From Pseudomonadota bacterium (GTDB lineage: Bacteria > Pseudomonadota > Gammaproteobacteria > Burkholderiales > Burkholderiaceae_C): DNA of 64,000 nucleotides. The notes beneath the pieces were generated by a model. The model saw only the letters and a program-made list of their open reading frames with translations, did no database searches and was not told the DNA's origin. The DNA lies in assembly GCA_040387815.1 (NCBI GenBank), contig JAZKDA010000120.1, positions 21,041 to 85,040 of the forward strand. The letters are read 5' to 3'. Of the stretch, positions 37,262 through 46,877 are shown piece by piece (position 1 is the first letter of the stretch; each line of letters starts with the position of its first letter). Position numbers and translations under genes: made by a program.

Positions 37262-38419
37262 ATGGTATTGACCGACGACCAGAAAGCGCTGCAGGAAACT
37301 GCCCGCCGCTTCGCCCGCGAGCGCCTGCTGCCCGATTATCAAAAGCGCGAGAAGGTCGGCGTGCTCGACCGCGCACTGATCAAGCAAATGGGTGAGCTCG
37401 GCCTGCTGGGCACCGACCTGCCCGAGGAATACGGCGGTCTGGGGGTCGACTCCGTCACCACCGGCCTGATCGCCGAAGAACTGGCCTACGGCGACTTCAA
37501 TGTCAGCGCCGTGCCGGTGGGCATTTCGCTCAACGCCGCCATCCTGATCCGCCACGCCCAACCCCATGTGATCAAGCAATGGGTGCCGCGCATGGTGGCC
37601 GGCGACGCGGTGGTGGCCATCTGCCTGACCGAGCCGCGCGGCGGCTCCGACGCCAGCAACCTGCAGCTGCGCGCGCGCCTGAACGCGCAAGGCACGCACT
37701 ACATCATCAATGGCGAAAAAACCTCCATCACCTTCGCCGACCGGGCCGACGCCTACCTGATCTTCGCCCGCACCGGCACGCCCGAGGAAGGCGCCAAGGG
37801 GGTCAGCGCCTTCTTCATTCCCTACGAGGGCAGCAAGGGCATCTCGCGCACCTGCTTCGACGATGTGGGCAGCGCGATCATCGGCCGCGGCTCGGTGTTC
37901 TTCGACGACGTGGCGGTGCCGGTCGACCACATGCTCGGTGACCTGGGCAAGGGTTTCACCCAGGTGATGCAGGGCTTCGACTACAGCCGCGCGCTGATCG
38001 GCCTGCAATGCGTGGGCGCGGCGCAGGCCTCGCTGGACGAAGCCTGGGCCTACAGCAAGGAACGCGAAGCCTTCGGCCGCCCGATCGGGCAGTTCCAGGG
38101 CGTGAGCTTTCCGCTGGCCGAAGGCGAATCGCACATCGAGGCGATCCGCCAGCTGTGCTATCACGCCCTGGCCCTGCGCGATGCCGGCCAGCCGCACACC
38201 AAGGAGGCCGCCATGTGCAAGTGGATGGGGCCGCGCTACGCCTTCGACGTGATCCACCAGTGCCTTCTGACCTTCGGCCACTACGGCTGGAGCAAGGACC
38301 TGCCGCACCAGCAGCGCATGCGCGACGTGATGGGCCTGGAGATCGGCGATGGCACGGCCGGCGTCATGAAGCTGATCATCGCCCGCGAGCGTATCGGCCG
38401 CACCGCCGTTCAGTACTGA
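37262..38419 (+). CDS. aliB: Cyclohexanecarboxyl-CoA dehydrogenase-like ACAD
   Basis: LTEPRGGSDA, GEKTSI, MQGFDYSRALIGLQC, FGHYG, QQRMRDVMGLEIGDGT as in AliB/BadJ. Confidence 0.82.
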   Translation: MVLTDDQKALQETARRFARERLLPDYQKREKVGVLDRALIKQMGELGLLGTDLPEEYGGLGVDSVTTGLIAEELAYGDFNVSAVPVGISLNAAILIRHAQPHVIKQWVPRMVAGDAVVAICLTEPRGGSDASNLQLRARLNAQGTHYIINGEKTSITFADRADAYLIFARTGTPEEGAKGVSAFFIPYEGSKGISRTCFDDVGSAIIGRGSVFFDDVAVPVDHMLGDLGKGFTQVMQGFDYSRALIGLQCVGAAQASLDEAWAYSKEREAFGRPIGQFQGVSFPLAEGESHIEAIRQLCYHALALRDAGQPHTKEAAMCKWMGPRYAFDVIHQCLLTFGHYGWSKDLPHQQRMRDVMGLEIGDGTAGVMKLIIARERIGRTAVQY

Positions 38420-38488
38420 CCGGTATCGTCAGCGCCCGAGAAACCGGGCACCATCGCCACTGCACGCCACCCTGGGGGAACCGACCAC

Positions 38489-39520
38489 ATGACCGCCGTC
38501 CTCGACGACAGCAGCCTGGCTGTCCGAATCGCGCAATACCTCACGCAGCAGACCGGCCAGCCGGTCACGGTGGGCAACGTCCGCCGTTTCCCGGTGGGGT
38601 TTTCCTGGCTGACGTATCTGGTGCCCGTGCAAGGGCTCGAGCCCGGCGGCGCCACCCGCGATCTGATCTTGCGCCTGGGCCCCGACTACGGCCTGTTCGC
38701 CCCCTACAGCGCCGAGCCGCAGGTGCGTTCGCTGCAGTCGCTCGACGGCAGCGGCGTGCCCTACCCGCGCGTCTTCTGGCACAGCGACGACGCCTCGATC
38801 TTCGGCGCGCCCTTCATGTTCTGCGAGAAGGTCTCGGGCTCGGCGGTGGTGCCCTGGGTTTCCCCCAGCGAACCGCCCTTGCCCGAAGACCTGCGCAAAC
38901 GCCTTGGCACGCAGTTCATCGATTCGCTCGCGGCCCTGCACCGCGTGAACTGGCAGGACAAGCCCATCGCCAGCATGGGCCACGGCATCACCGCCGAGAA
39001 CGCGGCGCGACTGAATGTCGAGCAGTGGGAAGCGCTGATCGAGCGCTGGGCGATGCGGCCGTACCCGCTGGCCGAGTGGGGCGTGCGCTGGCTCAAGGAA
39101 CACCAGCCGGTGGCGCCGCGCGTGACCATCGTCCACGGTGACTACCGCACCGGCAACTTCCTGGAGGAAGGCGGCACCATCACCGCCATCCTCGACTGGG
39201 AACTGGTGCACCTGGGCGACCCGCATGAAGACCTGGCCTGGGCCAGCATGCCCATGTACAAAGGCGGCACGCCCTACATCGGCCGCCTGTGCGAGCCCGA
39301 CTGGTTCTACGAGCGCTATGCCGAGAAGTCGGGCATCACGGTGTCGATGGACTCGGTTCGCTACTACCAGGTGTTCTCGATGCTCAAGCTGGCGGCCACG
39401 CACATGGCTGCGGCGCGCTGCTTCGAGGAAGGGCGCTTCAACGACCTGCGCATGCCCGCCATGGGCAGCCAGATCGCCACCTGCCTGCGCCAGATGGACA
39501 AGATGATCGAGACCGCGTGA
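38489..39520 (+). CDS. APH-family phosphotransferase (LvaA-like)
   Basis: GAPFMF, VHGDYRTGN, ILDWELVHLGDPHEDLAW. Confidence 0.9.
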   Translation: MTAVLDDSSLAVRIAQYLTQQTGQPVTVGNVRRFPVGFSWLTYLVPVQGLEPGGATRDLILRLGPDYGLFAPYSAEPQVRSLQSLDGSGVPYPRVFWHSDDASIFGAPFMFCEKVSGSAVVPWVSPSEPPLPEDLRKRLGTQFIDSLAALHRVNWQDKPIASMGHGITAENAARLNVEQWEALIERWAMRPYPLAEWGVRWLKEHQPVAPRVTIVHGDYRTGNFLEEGGTITAILDWELVHLGDPHEDLAWASMPMYKGGTPYIGRLCEPDWFYERYAEKSGITVSMDSVRYYQVFSMLKLAATHMAAARCFEEGRFNDLRMPAMGSQIATCLRQMDKMIETA

Positions 39521-39536
39521 AGACCGGAGCCGCCCC

Positions 39537-40031
39537 ATGAACAACAGCTTTGCCCGCCTCATCGACGGCATGTGCGCCACGCTGCGCGCCGAAGTCCTCA
39601 CCCGGCTCGACGACGAATTCGGCCGCGGCCAGGTGTTCGGCGTAATCAACCTGCTCAACACCTTCAAGGTGCGGGCCAACTGGTCGGCCGAGTTCCTGCT
39701 CGAGCAGATCGAGTCGCAGCGCGGCGCGCTGGAGGCGGCCTATGCCTGCCTGCGCCGGGGTGCGCCCACCCTCACCCCGCCCCCGCCGCCCTCGCTGGAG
39801 GCGGCGCAGCACGCGCCCATCGCCGAGTTGATGGCCCGGCGCGACAGCTTGAACGCCGCGATCAGCGCGCTGCTCGGATGGCTGCAAGCACAGGGCACGG
39901 CGCTCGACGCCGCCACCGCGCGCGACACCCTGGCACCGCTGCGGCAGGCGATGCGCCGCGAGGTCGACCTCGAACTCAAGTACGCGCCGCGCCCGCTGTT
40001 CGCCGAGATGTCCAGCGGACGTGAGGACTGA
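39537..40031 (+). CDS. Small helical hypothetical protein, probable kinase partner (LvaB-like)
   Basis: 164-aa ORF with RBS GGAG directly after the kinase. Confidence 0.75.
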   Translation: MNNSFARLIDGMCATLRAEVLTRLDDEFGRGQVFGVINLLNTFKVRANWSAEFLLEQIESQRGALEAAYACLRRGAPTLTPPPPPSLEAAQHAPIAELMARRDSLNAAISALLGWLQAQGTALDAATARDTLAPLRQAMRREVDLELKYAPRPLFAEMSSGRED

Positions 40032-40118
40032 CGTCCCCGAGCCCAGGCATCTTGGGTCGGCATAGGGATTCGCCTCTGTTGACACAGGCCGGATTTGAGG
40101 TACCTTTCGCGTCAGACC

Positions 40119-40132
40119 GTACACTAGTGCAA
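40119..40132. promoter_or_regulatory. GTAC-N6-GTAC operator variant (GTACACTAGTGCAA)
   Basis: Contains TACACT -10 candidate; ~38 bp upstream of SBP gene. Confidence 0.7.
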
Positions 40133-40169
40133 CAAGTAGACCGCCAACTTTCAAACCTGGAGACAACAC

Positions 40170-41357
40170 ATGGCCAACATCCTTCGCCGCGGCCTCATGG
40201 CCTCGCTCCTGGCGCTCGCCGCGCCGCTGACGTTCGCGCAGCAGCCCACCATCAAGATCGGCCTGATCACGATCGACAGCGGCCCCTTCGCCACCTATGC
40301 CAACCTGATGGACAGCGGCGGCAAGACGGCCGTCGACATCCTCAACGCCGAGGGCGGCGCCCTGGGCCGCAAGTTCGAGTTGATCGTGCAGTCGCACTCG
40401 GGCACGCCCCAGTCCGCACTGGCCGCCGCGCAGCGCCTGGCCCAGCAGGGCGCCATCATGATCGGCGGACAGACCATCAGCTCGCATTCGATCGCGCTGA
40501 CGCCACGCCTCGAGCAGATGGGCGTGCTGTTCATCGACAGCTATGCCCAGGCCAACGACCTGATGCAAAAGGCCTGTGCGCCCAACTACTTCCGCGTGAA
40601 CACGCCTGACGCGCTGACCACCCGCATGATGGAGGACTACGTCAAGGCCTCCGGCGCCAAGACCTGGAGCCTGATCTCGGCCGACTACGCCACCGGCCGC
40701 AGCTTCGATGCCGGCTTCACCAATCTGGTCAAGGGCCTGGGCGGCAGCGTCAAGCAAAGCCTGTTCACGCCGATGGGCACCAACGACTTCGGCAGCCAGA
40801 TCTCGCAACTGTCCAACGCCTCCGACGCGCTGGTGGTCACGCTGTTCATGAGCGACGGCCAGTCCTTTGCCAAGCAGCAAAAGCAGTTCGGCCTGTTTGA
40901 CAAATACAAGCTGGTCGTGGGCAATGGTTTCGCCACCGACTTCCAGCTGGAAGCTCACGGCGACAACGTGCTGGGCGTGGTCAACAGCCTGAGCTGGACA
41001 CCCGAGCTGCCGGGCGCGCGCAACGCCATGTACGTCAAGGAGTTCACCGCTCGCGCCAAGCGCCGTCCGTTCTACACCGACGCCGACCTGATGGCGGCCT
41101 ACGAGATCTTCGCCGCCGGCGTGAAGAAGGCCGGCTCGACCGATGTCGCCGCCATTCGCAAGGCCATGGAAGGCCTGCGCGTCAACACCATCTTCGGCAC
41201 CAACGAGGTTCGCGCAGCCGACCACCACCTGATCCGCCAGCACGGCATGGCCCAGGTGGTCAAGGGCCCGGACGGCAAGAACCGTTTCGAGATGCGCGTG
41301 GTCAAGCAGGGCGCCGACATCTACCCGGCGCCCCACCCCGACTGCAAGGTCTCCTGA
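40170..41357 (+). CDS. ABC substrate-binding protein
   Basis: Signal peptide, IKIGLI..SGPFA, NYFRV, ADYATG, VRAADH. Confidence 0.92.
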   Translation: MANILRRGLMASLLALAAPLTFAQQPTIKIGLITIDSGPFATYANLMDSGGKTAVDILNAEGGALGRKFELIVQSHSGTPQSALAAAQRLAQQGAIMIGGQTISSHSIALTPRLEQMGVLFIDSYAQANDLMQKACAPNYFRVNTPDALTTRMMEDYVKASGAKTWSLISADYATGRSFDAGFTNLVKGLGGSVKQSLFTPMGTNDFGSQISQLSNASDALVVTLFMSDGQSFAKQQKQFGLFDKYKLVVGNGFATDFQLEAHGDNVLGVVNSLSWTPELPGARNAMYVKEFTARAKRRPFYTDADLMAAYEIFAAGVKKAGSTDVAAIRKAMEGLRVNTIFGTNEVRAADHHLIRQHGMAQVVKGPDGKNRFEMRVVKQGADIYPAPHPDCKVS

Positions 41358-41404
41358 CCTTTCCGATCTGAACGCCCCGACAGCAGGATTCCTGCGGAGA
41401 CGCC

Positions 41405-42277
41405 GTGGACTTTTCGCAACTTTTCAACATTGGCCAACTGGCCAATGCGCTGGCCCTGGCCTCGCTGCTCACCATCCTGGCGAGCGGCCTGGCCCTGATC
41501 TTCGGCCTGCGTGATGTGATGAACTTCGCCCACGGCGCGCTCTACATGCTGGGCGCCTACCTGGGGTTCACCGTAGGGCATGGTCTCAATTTCTGGGCTG
41601 CCGTGATCCTGGTGCCGCTGATCCTGGGCGTGCTGGGGGTCGGCTTCGAGCTGCTGGTGCTGCGGCCGCTGCAGCATCGCTCGCACATGGATGTGGCCCT
41701 GGTGACCTTCGGCCTTTCCTTGGTCATCGGCACCGCCGTCCACAAGATCTGGGGCACATCGCCCATGTCGGTGGAGGCGCCCGCGGTGCTTGCCGGCTCC
41801 ATCGACCTGTTCGGCACGCGCTATCCGCTGTACCGGCTGTTCCTGATCGCGGTGGGCTTTAGCACCTGCCTCGGTCTGGCCGCCTGGCTCAAGTACACCC
41901 GATCGGGCATGCACACGCGCGCCGTCAGCCAGCAGCCGCATGTGGCCCGGATGATGGGCGTCAACACCGACCGGCTCAGCCTGATGGTGGTCTGCCTGGG
42001 CTCGGCCTTCGCCGGCCTGGCGGGCGTGCTGGCCGGCCCCTATCTTTCGGTGGACCCCGGCATGGGGGCCTCCATCCTGATCAGCTGCCTGATCGTGGTC
42101 GTCATCGGCGGCCTGGGCAGCATCGGCGGCGCCATTGCGGCGGCCGTGGTCTACGGTTTCATCCAGGTCATCGGCACCGTGCTGGTGCCCAACGTCGCGG
42201 TGCTGGCCCCCTTCCTGCTGCTGTTCGTGGTGCTGCTGTGGCGCCCGCAAGGCTTCGGTCGCGGAAGGGTGTCCTGA
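41405..42277 (+). CDS. livH: ABC permease (LivH-like)
   Basis: GLALIFG..VMNFAHG, IGGLGS, WRPQG. Confidence 0.92.
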   Translation: MDFSQLFNIGQLANALALASLLTILASGLALIFGLRDVMNFAHGALYMLGAYLGFTVGHGLNFWAAVILVPLILGVLGVGFELLVLRPLQHRSHMDVALVTFGLSLVIGTAVHKIWGTSPMSVEAPAVLAGSIDLFGTRYPLYRLFLIAVGFSTCLGLAAWLKYTRSGMHTRAVSQQPHVARMMGVNTDRLSLMVVCLGSAFAGLAGVLAGPYLSVDPGMGASILISCLIVVVIGGLGSIGGAIAAAVVYGFIQVIGTVLVPNVAVLAPFLLLFVVLLWRPQGFGRGRVS

Positions 42278-43290
42278 TGTCCGCCGCCTCCCCTGCTGTC
42301 ATGTCCCCATCGACCCCTGTCAAAACCGGCCTGCGCTGGAAGTGGCCGCTGGTGTGGCTCGCCGTGCTGGTTGCCTGTCTGCTGGTACCGCGCTTTGTCA
42401 CCAGCGCCTACTACCTGGGCGTGATGATCAACATCATGATCCTGGGCATCGCGGCGGTGGGCATCGGCTTCCTGATGCACCAGTGCGGCTTCGTCATGTT
42501 CGGCGTGGCCGCCTTCATCGGCCTGCCCGCCTACCTGGTGGGCATCGCCACCAACAACGGCTTGGGGCTGCACGCCGCCGTGCTGGCGGCACTGGTGGGT
42601 TCCACCGTGTTCGCCGCGCTGGTCGGCGCCCTGGTGGTGCGCACGCGCCCGCTGCCGTTTTCCATGCTGACGCTGGCCCTGGCGCAAATGCTCAAGTCCG
42701 CCGCCACGCTGCAATCCATGCGTCCGATCACCAATGGCGACGACGGCATGAGCATGAACTTCAATGGCGGCTTCATGGGGCTGTCGCAATCGGCGCTGGC
42801 CAAGAACGACGCCTTCTGGCCTGTCGCCGTGATCGCCCTGGCGCTGGTGCTCTTGATCGCCTGGAAGGCCGCCACCTCGCGGTTCGGCCAGGTGCTGCGT
42901 GCCACCCAGGCCAACGAGGAGCGCATGCGCTTTTCCGGCTTCGACACCTACCTGCCGCGCCTGTTGGCCTTTACCCTGGCCTGCTTTCTGGTCTCGATTT
43001 CGGGGGTGATGATCGCGCTGCACAGCGCCTTTGCATCGCCCGAGTTGCTTGACTTCGCCACCGGCGGCCATGCCTTGATTGCCATGCTGATCGGCGGCGC
43101 GGCCAACGTGCTCGGGCCGCTGCTGGGCGCCGCGCTCTACACGGTCGCGCAAGACTACTTCGGCTCCACCGGCTACCTGGAGCTGCTGACCGGCATTGCG
43201 ATCGTCGTGATGATCTGGGTCTTCCCCAAGGGTGCCATGGGCCTGGTGCTGGCGCTGTGGAACCGTATCACCCGCGGAGGGAAAGCCTGA
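42277..43290 (+). CDS. livM: ABC permease (LivM-like)
   Basis: TNGDDG, SRFGQVLRA..NEER, FPKG; TGATG coupling. Confidence 0.9.
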   Translation: MSAASPAVMSPSTPVKTGLRWKWPLVWLAVLVACLLVPRFVTSAYYLGVMINIMILGIAAVGIGFLMHQCGFVMFGVAAFIGLPAYLVGIATNNGLGLHAAVLAALVGSTVFAALVGALVVRTRPLPFSMLTLALAQMLKSAATLQSMRPITNGDDGMSMNFNGGFMGLSQSALAKNDAFWPVAVIALALVLLIAWKAATSRFGQVLRATQANEERMRFSGFDTYLPRLLAFTLACFLVSISGVMIALHSAFASPELLDFATGGHALIAMLIGGAANVLGPLLGAALYTVAQDYFGSTGYLELLTGIAIVVMIWVFPKGAMGLVLALWNRITRGGKA

Positions 43291-43988
43291 TGCTGCGCGT
43301 CGAAGACCTGAGTGTGAGTTACGGCAGCGTGCAGGCGCTGGAGGGTGTCGACCTCGAAGTCGGCCAGCGCGGTGTGCTGCACGGGATCATCGGCCCCAAT
43401 GGCGCGGGCAAGTCCACCCTCATGGACGCCATCACCGGCCGGCGCAAGCCGACCCGCGGCAAGGTGTTCGTCGACGGCCAGGACATCACCGAACGCAGTG
43501 TGCGCTGGCGCCGCCGGCTGGGCATGGCGCGCTCGTTCCAGCGCACCAGCATCTTTCCGGGCCTGACCGTGCGCGAGCAGCTGGAGCTGGTCGCGTCCGA
43601 ACTGGGCGAGCCCGACCTGGGCGAGATCATCGACGCCTTCGAGCTGCGCGCCACGCTCGACCAGGCGGCCGACACCATCGCCTACGGTGATCAGCGCCGG
43701 GTCGACATCGCCCTGGCGATGATCGGCAAGCCCAGCCTGATGCTGCTGGACGAACCCGCGGCCGGCCTGTCCACCACCGAGACGGTGTCGCTGTTCCAGC
43801 ACTTGCAGAACCTGGTGCGCCACCGCGGCGTCACGGCCCTGGTGGTCGAACACGACGTCGATGCCGTCTTCGGGTTCTGCGACGACGTGACCGCCCTCGA
43901 CCTGGGCCGCAAGATCATGACCGGCAAGCCCGCCGAGGTCCGCAGCGACCCGCGCGTGGTCAGCGCCTACCTGGGGAGTGCCGGATGA
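43290..43988 (+). CDS. livG: ABC ATP-binding protein (LivG-like)
   Basis: GPNGAGKST, LLDEPAAG, VEHD. Confidence 0.93.
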   Translation: MLRVEDLSVSYGSVQALEGVDLEVGQRGVLHGIIGPNGAGKSTLMDAITGRRKPTRGKVFVDGQDITERSVRWRRRLGMARSFQRTSIFPGLTVREQLELVASELGEPDLGEIIDAFELRATLDQAADTIAYGDQRRVDIALAMIGKPSLMLLDEPAAGLSTTETVSLFQHLQNLVRHRGVTALVVEHDVDAVFGFCDDVTALDLGRKIMTGKPAEVRSDPRVVSAYLGSAG

Positions 43989-44680
43989 GCTTTTTGAAGA
44001 TTCGCGGCTTCAGCGCCGGTTACGGCAAGTCGGTGGTGCTGCGCAACATCGACCTCGACGTGGGCGAAGGTGAATCGGTGGCCGTGGTCGGCAAGAACGG
44101 CGCCGGCAAGTCGACGCTGCTCAACTCGTTTTTCGGCGGCACCACCATCAAGGGCGGCAGCATCGAGCTGGGCGGTGTCGCCATCCAGAACCTGCCGGCC
44201 TATGCCGCTCCCAAGTTCGGCGCCACCATCTCGCCGCAGGGCCGCCTGGTGCTGCCGCACCTGACCATCCAGGAAAACCTGCTGCTCGGGGCCGCCAGCG
44301 GCCGCGGCGGCCAGTGGAACCTGGCCAGCGTGTACGAGCTGTTCCCGGTCCTCAAGGAGCGCCGCGACAACCCCGGCACCGCCTTGTCCGGCGGCCAGCA
44401 GCAGATGCTGGCCGTGGGCCGCGCCCTGATGGGCAACCCGCGCGTACTGCTGCTGGACGAGCCCTCCGAAGGCCTGTCGCCGGTGCTGGTCGACAGCCTG
44501 GCCGACACCTTCAACCGCATCCGCGAAACCGGCACTGGCATCCTGCTGGTCGAGCAGCACCTGAACCTGGTGCGTCGGGTCACGCAGCGCTTTGTCGTGA
44601 TGTCCAAGGGCGAGATCATCGACCGGGGGCTCACCGCCGACATCGACAAGGAACAGCACCAGAAAGCGCTGGCCTTCTGA
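43985..44680 (+). CDS. livF: ABC ATP-binding protein (LivF-like)
   Basis: GKNGAGKST, LSGGQQQ, LDEPSEG. Confidence 0.93.
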   Translation: MSFLKIRGFSAGYGKSVVLRNIDLDVGEGESVAVVGKNGAGKSTLLNSFFGGTTIKGGSIELGGVAIQNLPAYAAPKFGATISPQGRLVLPHLTIQENLLLGAASGRGGQWNLASVYELFPVLKERRDNPGTALSGGQQQMLAVGRALMGNPRVLLLDEPSEGLSPVLVDSLADTFNRIRETGTGILLVEQHLNLVRRVTQRFVVMSKGEIIDRGLTADIDKEQHQKALAF

Positions 44681-44688
44681 TTCACCAG

Positions 44689-44713
44689 GCGCGGGTCGCT
44701 CCGCGCTTTTTTT
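44689..44713 (+). terminator. Intrinsic terminator
   Basis: GCGCGG-6nt loop-CCGCGC followed by T7, just after livF stop. Confidence 0.75.
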
Positions 44714-44722
44714 CCAGCCAAC

Positions 44723-44738
44723 AATTGCAATTGCAATT
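44723..44738. promoter_or_regulatory. Perfect 16-bp palindrome AATTGCAATTGCAATT, candidate MarR operator
   Basis: AT-rich palindrome 20 bp upstream of the Rieske gene. Confidence 0.6.
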
Positions 44739-44757
44739 TGATCCAACGGAGCCTCCC

Positions 44758-46074
44758 ATGAGCATCAAGGACCAACTGATCCGCGACAACGAGGACATGA
44801 CCCGCGTCGGTCCGGGCACGCCCATGGGCGCCCTGATGCGGCGTTACTGGCTGCCCGCCTTGCGATCGAGCGAGTTGGAGGCAGGCGGCGCGCCGGTGCG
44901 GCTGCTGATGCTGGGCGAAAAACTGGTGGCCTTTCGCAGCCCCAACGGCGAGCTGGGGGTGATGGACCACCGCTGCCCGCACCGCAATGCCTCGCTGTTC
45001 TTCGGACGCAACGAGGAAGGCGGCCTGCGTTGCATCTACCACGGCTGGAAGTTCGATACCAGCGGCCAGTGCGTCGAGGTGCCCAATGTGCCCACCGGCG
45101 ATCGGGTGTGCGCCAAGGTCAAGACCACACGCTACAAGACCTATGAACGCCACGGCATCGTGTGGGTCTACATGGGCCTGCCCGAGCTGGAGCCGCCGCT
45201 GCCGTTGATCGAGGTGATGGAAGCCGACGAAGGCGACCTGGAGATCGAGTTCGCGCAGCGCGAGTGCAACTTCCTGCAGGCATTGGAAGGCGACATCGAC
45301 ACCTCGCACCTGGGCTTCCTGCACGTGGGCAACATCGTGCCCGACGACCTGCTGCCCGAAGACCCCATGCGCTATGTGGTGGCCAACCGCGCCCCTGAGC
45401 TCGAAGTGGGCGACGCGCCCTGGGGCACCCGCTACTGCGCTACCAAGCACACGCCCACCGGCGGCCGCTACCTGCGCTACGCCAACTTCATGTTCCCCTG
45501 CTGGACACAGGCCCCGCAAGGCCAGTTCGAGAACAACCTGTTCGCCCGCGCCTGGGTGCCGATGGACGACACCCACACCATGTCGATCACGCTGCTGTGG
45601 AAAAAGCGCGGAAACCTGTTTCGCACCATGGCCAACGGCGAGCCGCTGCCGGGCGTGAGCGAGCTGCGCCTGCGGCCCAACACCAGCGACTGGTATGGCC
45701 GTTATCGCACCGAGCAGAACCCGCGCAATGACTACCTGATCGACCGCGACGCCCAGCGCGAGGACCGCATCTACAGCGGCATCGACAACATCGGCGTGCA
45801 GGACCAGGCCGTGACCGAATCCATGGGCGAGATCACCGACCGCACCCGCGAACACCTGGTGCCCAGCGACATGATGATCGTGCGCACCCGCCGCCGCCTG
45901 CTGCAGGCCGCACGCGCGCTGGCCGTCGAAGGCAAGGCGCCTCCTGGCGTGAGCGATCCCTTCGTCTACCGCATGGCCCGCAGCGGCGACATGATCGTCG
46001 AGGGCAGCGATGCCAACTGGAAGGAGTTGTACGACATTCGCATCCGCGACGCGGTGCGGCTGGGCGAAGAATGA
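44758..46074 (+). CDS. Rieske non-heme iron oxygenase alpha subunit (phthalate 4,5-dioxygenase/LigX-like)
   Basis: CPH...CIYH Rieske motif; EGDIDTSHLGFLH and QDQAVTES mononuclear Fe ligands; GPGTPMG..MRRYW N-terminus. Confidence 0.93.
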   Translation: MSIKDQLIRDNEDMTRVGPGTPMGALMRRYWLPALRSSELEAGGAPVRLLMLGEKLVAFRSPNGELGVMDHRCPHRNASLFFGRNEEGGLRCIYHGWKFDTSGQCVEVPNVPTGDRVCAKVKTTRYKTYERHGIVWVYMGLPELEPPLPLIEVMEADEGDLEIEFAQRECNFLQALEGDIDTSHLGFLHVGNIVPDDLLPEDPMRYVVANRAPELEVGDAPWGTRYCATKHTPTGGRYLRYANFMFPCWTQAPQGQFENNLFARAWVPMDDTHTMSITLLWKKRGNLFRTMANGEPLPGVSELRLRPNTSDWYGRYRTEQNPRNDYLIDRDAQREDRIYSGIDNIGVQDQAVTESMGEITDRTREHLVPSDMMIVRTRRRLLQAARALAVEGKAPPGVSDPFVYRMARSGDMIVEGSDANWKELYDIRIRDAVRLGEE

Positions 46075-46877
46075 GCACCGCCAAGGCAATCGATTTCACC
46101 GGCCGCGTGGTCGCCATCAGCGGCGCCGCGCGCGGAATCGGCGCGGCGCTGTCTCACGCGTTCATGGCGCGCGGCGCCCGCGTGGTGGCGCTGGACCGGC
46201 ACTGGGACGAAGACTGCGCACTGGCGCACGCGGTGCGGACCGCCGACGGCATCGCCCTGCCCTGCGACATCACCGACGACGCGCAGGTCGACGCCGCCTT
46301 CGAAGCCGCCATGGCGCGCTGCGGCCGCATCGACGTGCTGGTGAACAACGCGGCCATGCGTCAGCGCGATTTCTATCCCGTGAGCGGCGCCTGCGCCGTG
46401 CTCGACACCGAGGACGCGCACTGGGAGCGCATGTACGCGGTCAATGTGGTGGGCACGCTCAAGCTCACGCGGCGTTTCATCCGGCCCATGCTGGCCCAGC
46501 GCGGCGGCAGCATCATCAACGTCAGCGCCAACGGCAGCCTCACCCTGCCGGTGGCGCCCGGCGTGGCGCAGGGCAACCATCCCGGGCTGCTCAATCAGCC
46601 GTATGACGCGAGCAAGGCGGCGCTCACCAGCATGAGCTTTTACCTGGCCGAAGAAGTCAAGCCGCACAACGTGGCGGTCAACGTGGTCTTTCCAGGCCCC
46701 ACCCGAACCACCGGCTCGGACGAACTCACGCCGGGGCGCGCGGCGCTGGGGCTGAAAATGGAACTGCTGGATGCGGCGCATCTGCTGCCGGTGTGCCTGA
46801 TGCTCGCCGCTGTCGATGCAAGCAGCACGGGACGAGCCTATGACGTGGTGGCTTGGAATGCAGCGCAGCGGGCCTGA
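46071..46877 (+). CDS. SDR oxidoreductase
   Basis: SGAARGIG, NNAA, YDASK; ATGA-coupled to the Rieske gene. Confidence 0.9.
   Translation: MSTAKAIDFTGRVVAISGAARGIGAALSHAFMARGARVVALDRHWDEDCALAHAVRTADGIALPCDITDDAQVDAAFEAAMARCGRIDVLVNNAAMRQRDFYPVSGACAVLDTEDAHWERMYAVNVVGTLKLTRRFIRPMLAQRGGSIINVSANGSLTLPVAPGVAQGNHPGLLNQPYDASKAALTSMSFYLAEEVKPHNVAVNVVFPGPTRTTGSDELTPGRAALGLKMELLDAAHLLPVCLMLAAVDASSTGRAYDVVAWNAAQRA

Noticed and set aside
44314-44757. N-terminal extension of the Rieske ORF (likewise long extensions of badI, livG, nitroreductase, LysR)
   Set aside because: Extensions overlap upstream genes or a terminator; starts reset to RBS-supported or coupled codons
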